The notes under the pieces are model-generated. The model saw nothing but the letters and a program-made list of their open reading frames with translations. It was not told where the DNA came from and did no database searches. Of a stretch of DNA of 32,000 nucleotides, positions 1 through 7,954 are shown in pieces (within the stretch, counting starts at the first letter, position 1; every line of letters starts with the position of its first letter). The position numbers and the translations under genes were made by a program. This DNA is from an archaeon (GTDB lineage: Archaea; Iainarchaeota; Iainarchaeia; Iainarchaeales; 1-14-0-10-31-34): contig JAJRVL010000004.1 of NCBI GenBank assembly GCA_024277355.1, forward strand, positions 1-32,000, given 5' to 3'.

Positions 1-959
1 AAGAATTAGTTAAAGTCAGTGGATTAAGTAAAGCTTTACCAATGAATTCAGGAGCTGAAGCAGTTGAAACTGCAATTAAAGCAGCAAGAAAATGGGCTTA
101 TGAAATTAAAAAAATAAAAAAAAATAAAGCAAACATTATTGTATGCAAGAATAATTTTCATGGAAGAACTACAACTATTGTTGGTTTTTCTTCTGAAGAA
201 CAATACAAAAACGGTTTTGGTCCTTTTTGTGATGGATTTAAATTAATTGAATTTAATGACATTAAAGCATTAAAAAAAGCAATAAACAAAAATACAGCTG
301 GTTTTTTGATTGAACCAATTCAAGGAGAAGGAGGAATAATTTTTCCTTCAAAAAATTATCTTAAAGAAGTAAAGAAAATTTGTTCTGAAAAAAATGTTTT
401 ATTAATTTTAGATGAAGTTCAGACAGGTTTTGGCAGAACAGGAAAAATGTTTGCTTTCCAGCATGAAAATATTAAACCAGATATTTTAATTGTAGGAAAA
501 GCTTTAGGCGGAGGCGTAATGCCTGTTTCTGCAATGATTTCTTCAAAAGAAGTAATGAATGTATTTAATCCAGGAGACCATGGAAGCACTTTTGGAGGAA
601 ATCCTTTGGCTTGTGCTGTAGGCTTAGAATCAATTAAAGTAATTAAAGAAGAAAATTTATGTGAAAAAAGCAGAATTAACGGAGAATATTTTTTGAATGA
701 ATTAAAGAAACTTAATTTTTCGTTTATTAAAAAAATAAGAGGGCAAGGATTATTTATTGGAATTGAAATAAAAAAAGAGTTTTCTACAGCAAAACCTTTT
801 TGTTTAAAACTTTTAGAAAATGGAATTTTAGCAAAAGAAACACACGACCAAGTCATAAGATTAGCGCCTCCTTTAATTGCGTCAAAAAAAGAACTTGACT
901 GGGCAATAAAAAAAATTAAAAAAACATTTAATTCAATTAATAATAAAGAGGTTTTTTGA
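1..959 (+). CDS. rocD: Ornithine aminotransferase-type class-III PLP aminotransferase; 5' end lies outside the window
   Basis: The frame is open from base 3 (ELVKVSGLSKALPMNSGAEAVETAIK...), so the ATG at 42 is internal. Motifs LPMNSGAEAVETAIKAARKWAY, EPIQGEGG, LDEVQTGFGRTG, VGKALGGG and DHGSTFGGNPLA match RocD/OAT-like transaminases. TGA stop at 957-959. Confidence 0.85.
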   Translation, partial: ELVKVSGLSKALPMNSGAEAVETAIKAARKWAYEIKKIKKNKANIIVCKNNFHGRTTTIVGFSSEEQYKNGFGPFCDGFKLIEFNDIKALKKAINKNTAGFLIEPIQGEGGIIFPSKNYLKEVKKICSEKNVLLILDEVQTGFGRTGKMFAFQHENIKPDILIVGKALGGGVMPVSAMISSKEVMNVFNPGDHGSTFGGNPLACAVGLESIKVIKEENLCEKSRINGEYFLNELKKLNFSFIKKIRGQGLFIGIEIKKEFSTAKPFCLKLLENGILAKETHDQVIRLAPPLIASKKELDWAIKKIKKTFNSINNKEVF

Positions 960-1079
960 TTGAATGAATTTAAATTAATTAGTTTTGATTGTTATGGAAC
1001 TTTAATTGATTGGGAAACAGGAATGAAAAAAGCATTTAAAAATTTACTTGAAAACAAAAAAGTTTCTTTAAATATTTAA
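960..1079 (+). pseudogene. HAD-superfamily hydrolase, N-terminal 39-codon fragment carrying catalytic motif I, ended by an in-frame TAA
   Basis: TTG at 960 follows the rocD stop directly and is preceded by AAGAGGT (946-952). It translates as (M)[25 protein letters not shown]..., the DxYGT nucleophile motif of HAD/haloacid dehalogenase-type enzymes. The TAA at 1077-1079 is in the same frame as ORF 1083-1619. Confidence 0.65.
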
Positions 1080-1082
1080 AGT

Positions 1083-1619
1083 TTGCCTGAAAAATATATT
1101 GAAACAGAACTTGAAATTGAACAAAAACAATACAAAAAATATTCAGAAATACTGCAGTTAAGTGTCATTGAATTATTTAAAAAATTTAATGTTAAACTTT
1201 CAGGTAAAGAAGCAGAATCTTTTTCTGATTTAATTTATTTTTGGCCTCCTTTTCCTGAAACAAAAACTGTCTTAAAAAAACTAAAAGAAAAACATAAATT
1301 AGTGATTTTATCAAACATTGATGATAAAATCATAAAAAAATCCATTGAATTAATTAACATAGATTTTGATGGAGTAATAACTGCAGAGCAAATTAAATCT
1401 TATAAGCCTTCTTTTGGGCACTGGAAAAAAATGCTTGAAGTATTTGAAATCCCTAAAAAACAAGTTTTGCATGTAGGTGCCAGTTATATTCATGATGTAG
1501 TTCCTGCAAAAAAATTAGGTTTTACTACTGTATGGATAAACAGAAACAAAGAAAAAATTAAAGGAAAAATAAAACCAGAATTTGAATTCACTGATTTATT
1601 GCCTTTGCTTGATTTTTAA
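1083..1619 (+). CDS. HAD-superfamily hydrolase (type II haloacid dehalogenase-like), C-terminal part; lacks motif I unless joined to 960-1079
   Basis: Carries VILSNID (motif II), KSYKPS (motif III Lys) and HVGASYIHDVVPAKKLGFTTVWINR (motif IV). The ORF-track start is a TTG only one codon after the in-frame TAA. Confidence 0.7.
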   Translation: MPEKYIETELEIEQKQYKKYSEILQLSVIELFKKFNVKLSGKEAESFSDLIYFWPPFPETKTVLKKLKEKHKLVILSNIDDKIIKKSIELINIDFDGVITAEQIKSYKPSFGHWKKMLEVFEIPKKQVLHVGASYIHDVVPAKKLGFTTVWINRNKEKIKGKIKPEFEFTDLLPLLDF

Positions 1620-1656
1620 ATATAATTAAATTAAGTTTTCTAAAACAGTTTTTTTT

Positions 1657-2316
1657 ATGTTTGATTTTGAATTAGAAAGAAAAAAACTTGTATTTCATTT
1701 AAAAGAAGTGAATGCAATAAAAACAAAAGCAGTTGAAAACGCTTTCTTAAAAGTTAAAAGAGAAGAATTCTTTGAAGAAGAAATGAAATTAAATGCATAT
1801 GAAAATGAAGCTTTTTCAATAGGTTTTAATCAAACGATTTCTCAGCCTTATACTATTGCAGTCATGCTGGAAATGTTAAATGTAAAAGAAGGAATGACTG
1901 TTTTAGATGTAGGAAGCGGTTCAGGTTATACTGCTTGTTTGCTTTCAGAAATAACAGGAAAAAAAGGAAGGGTTACTGCAGTTGAATTAATAAAAGAATT
2001 AAAAGAAAAAGCACAAGCTAATCCTGAAATAAAAAAAAGAAAAAACATTAAATTAATTCAGTTAGATGCAGTAAAAAACGATTTTAAAAAAGAAAAATTT
2101 AACAGAATTTTAATTTCTGCTGCCTGTCCTTTTATTCCAAAAAACTTATTTGATTCCATAAAAGAAAAAGGAACTGCTGTTGCACCAGTAGGCGATAAAT
2201 TTTCTCAGGTAATTCAGTCAGTAACTAAATTTAACGGAAAACCATTAAAAAAAGATTTTTTGGAAGGATTTTTTGTTTTTGTTCCTTTAAGAGGAAGTTT
2301 TAAAACAACAGAATAA
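1657..2316 (+). CDS. pcm: Protein-L-isoaspartate O-methyltransferase
   Basis: QTISQPYTIAVMLEML followed by the SAM motif VLDVGSGSGYTACLLSE. Length of 219 aa is typical of PIMT. Confidence 0.85.
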   Translation: MFDFELERKKLVFHLKEVNAIKTKAVENAFLKVKREEFFEEEMKLNAYENEAFSIGFNQTISQPYTIAVMLEMLNVKEGMTVLDVGSGSGYTACLLSEITGKKGRVTAVELIKELKEKAQANPEIKKRKNIKLIQLDAVKNDFKKEKFNRILISAACPFIPKNLFDSIKEKGTAVAPVGDKFSQVIQSVTKFNGKPLKKDFLEGFFVFVPLRGSFKTTE

Positions 2317-2318
2317 TT

Positions 2319-2326
2319 TTTAAATA
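2319..2326 (+). promoter_or_regulatory. Archaeal TATA box (TTTAAATA) for the leaderless RHH gene
   Basis: Matches the TTTAWATA consensus. Its first T is 30 nt before the ATG at 2349. There is no SD between them. Confidence 0.5.
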
Positions 2327-2348
2327 CTACTATGTATTACTTTGTATT

Positions 2349-2663
2349 ATGGAGAATATTAGTATTAAATTAGATGAAAGAATAGCCAAACAGATTTCTA
2401 AAGCATTAAAGGATTTTAATTATTCAACTAAAACTGAATTCATCAGAGATGCAATCAGAATTAAATTAGCTGAATTAGAAAAAGAAAGAAGAATTGAAAA
2501 GCAATGGGAGAAACTGCTTTCTTATAAAGGGAAATTCAGAGGGCAGGGAAGATTTAAGTCAAGTGAAGAATTTATTAAATGGAGAGAAAATGAAGGAAGC
2601 GAAGAATTAATGAAAGAACTCAGAAAAGAACACGATTTAGATTATAATTCTTCTGGTAAATAA
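2349..2663 (+). CDS. Ribbon-helix-helix (CopG-like) DNA-binding protein, putative antitoxin
   Basis: The N-terminus ISIKLDERIAKQISKALKDFNYSTKTEFIRDAIRIKLAELE has the beta-strand/helix/helix pattern of RHH antitoxins. Its 3' end overlaps the convergent PIN gene by 22 nt. Confidence 0.6.
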   Translation: MENISIKLDERIAKQISKALKDFNYSTKTEFIRDAIRIKLAELEKERRIEKQWEKLLSYKGKFRGQGRFKSSEEFIKWRENEGSEELMKELRKEHDLDYNSSGK

Positions 2664-3055
2664 CTTTCAATAATTTCAATTTCATTGAAATGCCTGTCTC
2701 TGCTTACAAGAATTGCATTTTCATCTCTTGCAATAATTGAATGTAAAATGTCAGCTGAAGGAAATTCTTTATTATTTTTTTCCCATAACTTATCAGCTTC
2801 ATTAAATTGTTTTTCTGAATGTTTCAGTTTAATAATTAAATCTGAAAAATCTGAAAGCATATTCTGGATTTTTTCTTCTGATACCTGCCTTTTAAGTTCT
2901 TTTATTACAATATCTGAAACAATTATTCTTGCTTTTTCTTTCCTGCATTTTTTTAAAAACTGAAAGGCAAATTCTCCTAAAGGCTTTAAAATGTCTTTTC
3001 TGTCTTCTAAATAATCAATCCATATTGAAGTATCTAAATAAAATTTCTTTTCCAT
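2642..3055 (-). CDS. vapC: PIN-domain ribonuclease (VapC-like toxin)
   Basis: FYLDTSIWIDYL (first acidic residue), IVSDIVIKEL, and ADILHSIIARDENAILVSRDRHF (C-terminal Asp motif). Size of 137 aa fits. Confidence 0.7.
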   Translation of the reverse strand: MEKKFYLDTSIWIDYLEDRKDILKPLGEFAFQFLKKCRKEKARIIVSDIVIKELKRQVSEEKIQNMLSDFSDLIIKLKHSEKQFNEADKLWEKNNKEFPSADILHSIIARDENAILVSRDRHFNEIEIIESYLPEEL

Positions 3056-3118
3056 TCAAAAACTGAAAAAGAATGCTTTTAATTTTATTTTTGTACGTGA
3101 ATCAACGAAAAAGAAAAA

Positions 3119-4429
3119 TCATTTTAGGATTTTATTAATTTCTTTTTCTATTTCTCCTGAATTGATTTCTTCTAAATCATATTTAACGCGAATTATTTTT
3201 TTGTTTGTTTTAATTATTTTACTTAAATCAATTGGAGTTCCGCTTAAAACTAAATCACATTCAATTTTATTTATTGTTTCTTCTAAGTCTTTGATTTGTT
3301 TTTTTCCATAACCCATTGCAGGCAGAATTTTATTTAAATGCGGGTATTTTTCAAATGTTTCCTGAATAGATTTAACTGCAAAAGGTTTTGGGTCAATTAT
3401 TTTTGCTTTTTTTTCTTTTGCAATAACTGTTGCTGCACCAGTATTCATTCCTCCGTGAGTTACAGTTGGACCGTCTTCAATAACTAAAACTTTTTTTCCA
3501 GTTAAATTAATTTCTTTTTCTAAAATTAATTTTGAATTGCATTCAATTACTTTTGCTTTTGGATTCCATTGCTTAATGTTTTCTTTTAATTTTTCTACTT
3601 CATTTTTTTCTGCTGTATTAACTTTATTTATAATTATAACATCAGCCATCAGAAAGTTTGCCATGCCTGGATGAAAAGTTAATTCATGTCCTGTTCTAAA
3701 TGGATCAACTATAACAAACAATAAATCTGTTTTATAAAAACTAAATTCATTGTTCCCCCCGTCCCATAAAATTATTTCAGATTCTTTTTCTGCTTCATTT
3801 AATATTGCTTTATAATCTACTCCTGCAAATAAAACATTTCCTTTTTCTATATGAGGTTCAAATTCTTCCATTTCTTCTATAGTGCATTTATGTTTTTCTA
3901 AATCAGAGTATTCAGAAAAACGCATTACTTTTTGTTCAACTAAATTTCCATAAGGCATTGGTTCTCTTATTACAACAAATTTTTTTTCTTTTTTCTTTAA
4001 GATTTCTGCAATAAATCTTGTTGTCTGGCTTTTGCCGCAGCCGGTTCTTACTGCATTAACTGCTATTACTGGTTTAGATGATTTTAACTGCATGGCTTTT
4101 GGTCCAAGCAACTGAAATGAAGCGCCTGTACTTAAAACCAAAGAAGCTTTTTTCATGACATAATCAAAAGCTAAATCAGAATAAGACAAAAACACTACAT
4201 CAATGTTTTTTTCTTTAATTAATTCAACTAAATTTTTTTCGTCTTTAATTGGGATTCCGTTTGGATAAAGTTTTCCTGTTAATTCAAAAGGATAAATTCT
4301 GTTTTCTATTCCTGGAATTTGTGTTGCAGTAAAACATTCAATTTCGTATTCTTCATTGTCTCTGAAATAAGAGTTAAAGTCATGGAAGTCTCTTCCGGCA
4401 GCTCCCATTATTATTGCTTTTTTTTTCAT
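3119..4429 (-). CDS. P-loop protein of the family I remember as COG2403 'predicted GTPase' (often auto-annotated cyclic 2,3-diphosphoglycerate synthetase-like)
   Basis: IIMGAAGRDFHDFNSYFRDN..., AVRTGCGKSQTTRFIA (Walker A-like), ILWDGGNNEF and INKVNTAEK resemble conserved euryarchaeal proteins of this family. GGAGG lies 7 nt upstream (4437-4441, minus strand). Confidence 0.6.
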   Translation of the reverse strand: MKKKAIIMGAAGRDFHDFNSYFRDNEEYEIECFTATQIPGIENRIYPFELTGKLYPNGIPIKDEKNLVELIKEKNIDVVFLSYSDLAFDYVMKKASLVLSTGASFQLLGPKAMQLKSSKPVIAVNAVRTGCGKSQTTRFIAEILKKKEKKFVVIREPMPYGNLVEQKVMRFSEYSDLEKHKCTIEEMEEFEPHIEKGNVLFAGVDYKAILNEAEKESEIILWDGGNNEFSFYKTDLLFVIVDPFRTGHELTFHPGMANFLMADVIIINKVNTAEKNEVEKLKENIKQWNPKAKVIECNSKLILEKEINLTGKKVLVIEDGPTVTHGGMNTGAATVIAKEKKAKIIDPKPFAVKSIQETFEKYPHLNKILPAMGYGKKQIKDLEETINKIECDLVLSGTPIDLSKIIKTNKKIIRVKYDLEEINSGEIEKEINKILK

Positions 4430-4464
4430 TTGATTTCCTCCTTGAATTATTAGTTTTTTTTAGT

Positions 4465-5076
4465 TTAGTTTTCCCAGACTTCTTTTTTGTTTTTTATTTT
4501 TAATTCTTTCATCATATCATTTCTTGCTTTTTTTAATTTAGTTGTTAAAAAATAAGGTTTAATAAAAAATAATATTACTGCTAAAATTAAATCCAGAAAA
4601 ATAATGAAAACAAAAAAAGTAAAATTCATTAAAACAAGTATTCCTAATAAAATTGCCCTTAAAACTAAAAGTATTTTTGCAGGAACATAAGCCCAGAATT
4701 TCATTTTATATAAACCAAAACCTAAACTAAAAGAAATTAAAGTAAATAAAAGCAATGCACTAAAAGCAATAAATTCATTTGATGAAAGAGAATAAACATC
4801 ATATGAAACTGAAATAAAAAAATAAAATAATTCAATTAATGCACTTAAAACAAAAAGCATTCCTGTTACTTTAATTATTAAATGATTATTTTCTTCTTCT
4901 TGTTTGTATTGTTTTGTTTTTTTCATGGTTTTTAGTTCTTCTAATCTTGCGTCTTCTAATAAACTTAAAGGATAACCTGATAACTCTAAAAATTTAGTTA
5001 ATTCTTCATCTGTTGTTCCTTGTTTTCTTTTCTGAATTATTTTCTTTTTTATTTCTTCATATTCGTATTTTTCCAT
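4465..5076 (-). CDS. Hypothetical membrane protein (about 4 TM helices after a charged N-terminal domain)
   Basis: Hydrophobic segments run from residue ~70 to ~170. The start lies 2 nt after the stop of the upstream methyltransferase gene, which suggests an operon. Confidence 0.5.
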   Translation of the reverse strand: MEKYEYEEIKKKIIQKRKQGTTDEELTKFLELSGYPLSLLEDARLEELKTMKKTKQYKQEEENNHLIIKVTGMLFVLSALIELFYFFISVSYDVYSLSSNEFIAFSALLLFTLISFSLGFGLYKMKFWAYVPAKILLVLRAILLGILVLMNFTFFVFIIFLDLILAVILFFIKPYFLTTKLKKARNDMMKELKIKNKKEVWEN

Positions 5077-5078
5077 TT

Positions 5079-5993
5079 TTATTCTCTCTTTACAATGAAA
5101 ATTATTTCGTTTTCAAATTCAATTTTTGCACTTAAATAAAGTGCGTTTTCTTTAATAAATTTATTTATTGCTGCAGTTTCACGAAAAGAAATTTTTTCTT
5201 TTTTTGTCATTGATTCTCTTGAAGCACTTAATACAATCCATTCAGCAGGAATAACATCAATTAAGTTTTGTGTTACTCCTTTTTTTTCTCTTTCCATTAC
5301 TGGAATTAACTTAAACAAAAAAGCTACATCAAATGTTTTTTCGTTATTTAAGTAAAGTAATTCATTTCTTGAATCAAAATCAGTTTCTTTTAAATCAAAT
5401 AAAACTCCTTTTCCTTTTATTTCAGAATAGTTTTTAATTAACTCAAAATAATCATTTATTTCTTTAACAAATTCTTTTTTGTGTTCTGTTCCGACATAAA
5501 ATAACTTTTTTGTTTTCATAAAAGGAACTGAAAAATAATTAAAACCACAGGAAACATCTAAAACTGTTTTTGGAATTCCTGTAACAGCAAAAATTTTTTC
5601 ATAAAATTTTTCATATGAATTAATTCTTTCTTTAGAAGAAATATGCATTGAAAGCAATTCTTTATGCAGTAAAACTGTTTTTTCTAGTTTTTTTTCTTTT
5701 TCTAAAGCATTTTTTAATTCAATTAATTTTTCTTTTACTTTTTCTTCTGGTTCATGTTTATACTGCCTTAAAAAATAATAAATTGTTTTTTTGGTTTTTT
5801 TCATTAATTTTTTGTATTCATGCCATTTCTCAAAATTCCTTTTTTCAGAAAACTCTAATACATTTTTCATGAACTTCTTGTTTTTCACTGCTTCATCTAA
5901 AAAAATTTGTTCGGCTTGTTCAGCTGAAATTTTATATCTTGCAACTATTTTTTCAACTGCTTTTTTTATTATTTTTTTTGGAATTAAATTCAT
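5079..5993 (-). CDS. FmrO/ArmA/RmtB-family 16S rRNA (guanine1405-N7) methyltransferase homolog
   Basis: LLSMHISSKERINSYEKFYEKIFAVTGIPKTVLDVSCGFNYF parallels RmtB ALSLHASTKERL..LYDFIF....RVLDIACGLNPL. FDVAFLFKLIPVMEREKKG parallels DLALIFKLLPLLEREQAG. The SASRESMTKKEK and NEIIFIV tail parallels SFPTRSLGGRGKG and (G)TELIYLI. Confidence 0.7.
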   Translation of the reverse strand: MNLIPKKIIKKAVEKIVARYKISAEQAEQIFLDEAVKNKKFMKNVLEFSEKRNFEKWHEYKKLMKKTKKTIYYFLRQYKHEPEEKVKEKLIELKNALEKEKKLEKTVLLHKELLSMHISSKERINSYEKFYEKIFAVTGIPKTVLDVSCGFNYFSVPFMKTKKLFYVGTEHKKEFVKEINDYFELIKNYSEIKGKGVLFDLKETDFDSRNELLYLNNEKTFDVAFLFKLIPVMEREKKGVTQNLIDVIPAEWIVLSASRESMTKKEKISFRETAAINKFIKENALYLSAKIEFENEIIFIVKRE

Positions 5994-6043
5994 GTTATCA
6001 AATAAAAATTTAGAATGGTTGTTTCTTAAAATTTATGTTTTAA

Positions 6044-6307
6044 TTAAAAAAAGCTTTTATACCATTTTTCGTATTCTTTGTGGTTTCCTATAAAATAGAA
6101 TCTTACTTCTTTTTGTTGTTCAAATATTCGGTAGATAATTCTGCTTTGGCCTATTTCGTCCACAAAATAATTCGCGCTTTTTTTTAAATGCCTTTTTTGT
6201 GGAAATTCAATAATTTTTTTAATTTTTTTAGCAGTTCTTTCTTTTATTAAGTTGTCGAGTTTATTGAAATATTTTGACCAGTCTTCATCAAAAACAAGTT
6301 TATACAT
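6044..6307 (-). CDS. relE: RelE/ParE-family type II toxin
   Basis: 87 aa. The pattern YKLVFDEDWSKYFNKLDNLIKERTAKKIKKI...IGQSRIIYRIFEQQKEVRFYFIGNHKEY is typical of RelE/ParE. The start is 5 nt after the antitoxin stop. Confidence 0.65.
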   Translation of the reverse strand: MYKLVFDEDWSKYFNKLDNLIKERTAKKIKKIIEFPQKRHLKKSANYFVDEIGQSRIIYRIFEQQKEVRFYFIGNHKEYEKWYKSFF

Positions 6308-6312
6308 ATTGA

Positions 6313-6555
6313 TTACTTTAAATGTTCTGAGTATTTTCCTAATGCCTGTTTTGCATTAAGAAGCTTTCTTTTGCCATCTCTTATTTGTTTATCTATTCTG
6401 TCTATTTTTTGATTTACAAGTTCATTTTCGTTAAAATATTCTTTTCCAAAATTTATTACTGCTAATCTTACAGCTTCAGATTGAGTGTTTGCATAGCCTT
6501 CTTCAACCATTTCTTCTAATATTTCTTTTGTTTTTCCTTTAAAAATTACATTCAT
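6313..6555 (-). CDS. Putative antitoxin (RHH-like) of the RelE pair
   Basis: 80 aa, immediately upstream of and co-oriented with the toxin. It has an EEGYANTQSEAVRLAVINFGKEY helix-helix segment. Confidence 0.5.
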   Translation of the reverse strand: MNVIFKGKTKEILEEMVEEGYANTQSEAVRLAVINFGKEYFNENELVNQKIDRIDKQIRDGKRKLLNAKQALGKYSEHLK

Positions 6556-6639
6556 TAAATTACCTGTTACAATAATATATGTATTATATTTGATTTAAAT
6601 ATGTTCCTATTTGATACATTAATTATGGTTAATTTTTCA

Positions 6640-7665
6640 TTAAAACCATTGATTCAAAGAACTTTGCTGTCCTTTTTCTTCTGTTTTTTTCTCTAATTTT
6701 TTTAATGTATTTTCAACTCTTTCCCTGCTGAACTGGTGTTTTTCACATAATAATTCAAGTACTTTTTCTTTATTTGGAGGATTAAATTCAATTTTAAAGT
6801 CATCTTCATAGAGTGGTTTTAAAAAAATTTTTTCTATTTCTTTAAAATCAAAGTCAATTTTATGTTTTGTTTCTTTTATTATATCTTCAAAAGAATCATT
6901 TTGTTTAACTAATTTTAATGCAGTTTTTGGGCCAATTTTAGGAAACTTTTCATTAAAATCATTTCCAATTAAAATTGCAATCCAAACTAATTTTTTTCTG
7001 TCAATTTCATTTTTTTCTAATGCTTTATTTAATTCAATTTTTTCCGGAAAAACATCAAAATAAATATTTCTTCCGGGAACTTTTCTTTTTCCGCCAATAG
7101 TAATATTTCTAAGTAAAACAGGCGTTCCAAATAATAATGAATCAAAATCCTGGCTTACACAACCATTTAATTTTCCTTTTTCTGTCATTAAAGAAATTTG
7201 TGCTTCGCCGTCTGATTTAGCCTGAATAGCAGTTAAACCCATAAATTCAACTAATTGTTTTGCTTCTTCAACCATTTCTTTAGTTAATCTTGAAGATTGC
7301 TGAGCGAACTTTTTTGCTGTTTCTAAATCTCCTTTTTCTCTGGCTTCAAGCATTTTTTTTTCTGCTGCAGTTCTGATTGCCCTTCGTTTTTCTCTTGTTT
7401 TTTGTTTTAATGCATGAGCTTTTCCATCAAAAACAAATACAGGTTTTATATCTCTGTTTAACAAGTTAGTTGTCCTATAAAATAATCCTGTTAAATGAGA
7501 AGTTATGTTTCCTTCTGCATTCATTAAAGGGCTTCCATCAGGTCCTCTAATATTTGAAAGAAACTGATAAAGTATGTTAAAAGAGTCAATTCCTAAAATT
7601 TGTCCTTTAAGTGAATCTAAATCAATTATTTCTTTTTCAATTAAGTCTCCTAAAGCAGTACCCAT
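6640..7665 (-). CDS. fen: Flap endonuclease 1
   Basis: Carries GIDSFNILYQFLSNIRGPDGSPLMNAEGNITSHLTGLFYRT, VFVFDGK, GEAQ and SQDFDSLLFG. 341 aa. Confidence 0.9.
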   Translation of the reverse strand: MGTALGDLIEKEIIDLDSLKGQILGIDSFNILYQFLSNIRGPDGSPLMNAEGNITSHLTGLFYRTTNLLNRDIKPVFVFDGKAHALKQKTREKRRAIRTAAEKKMLEAREKGDLETAKKFAQQSSRLTKEMVEEAKQLVEFMGLTAIQAKSDGEAQISLMTEKGKLNGCVSQDFDSLLFGTPVLLRNITIGGKRKVPGRNIYFDVFPEKIELNKALEKNEIDRKKLVWIAILIGNDFNEKFPKIGPKTALKLVKQNDSFEDIIKETKHKIDFDFKEIEKIFLKPLYEDDFKIEFNPPNKEKVLELLCEKHQFSRERVENTLKKLEKKTEEKGQQSSLNQWF

Positions 7666-7954
7666 ATTTAATCAATAAGAAAACAGAACAAAACAAATTT
7701 TAATATTTCTTATTATAAGACTATTAATTAAAAAACTCCAAAAACAGCTTAATTTACATAAATTTGCTGTTATTAGGCTAAACTAACTTTCTTTTTAAAG
7801 GAATCCTGAACCAAAACATTTAAATACTACTTAACGACATATTTATTATAGTGTATACTAATTTATTCACATTTTACTTCAGTACATCAAAACGTATTGT
7901 AGCGAATTTATTTCGTGTAATAAATTATTTTTATTTTAAAGAAGGTGAGTTTTA

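Noticed and set aside
1077-1079. Genome-wide reassignment of TAA to a sense codon as the explanation for the two in-frame TAAs
   Set aside because: Most well-supported genes in the window (pcm, tfb, ahcY, adk, fen, dph5 and others) terminate precisely at a TAA with normal protein lengths. TGA and TAG are also used as stops. Only local readthrough, a pseudogene or an error remains plausible.
2319-2331. Identical 13-mer TTTAAATACTACT here and at 7819-7831 as a possible shared regulator site
   Set aside because: It is largely the TATA consensus itself. In a sequence this AT-rich, a 13-nt coincidence within 32 kb is expected by chance.
7666-7954. tRNA or other structured RNA gene in the long fen-tfb spacer, and in other spacers (29328-29504, 22922-23054, 19424-19634)
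   Set aside because: There are no GC-rich stems, no T-loop (GTTCRAnnC) or acceptor-stem complementarity, and no rRNA-like segments anywhere in the window by eye.
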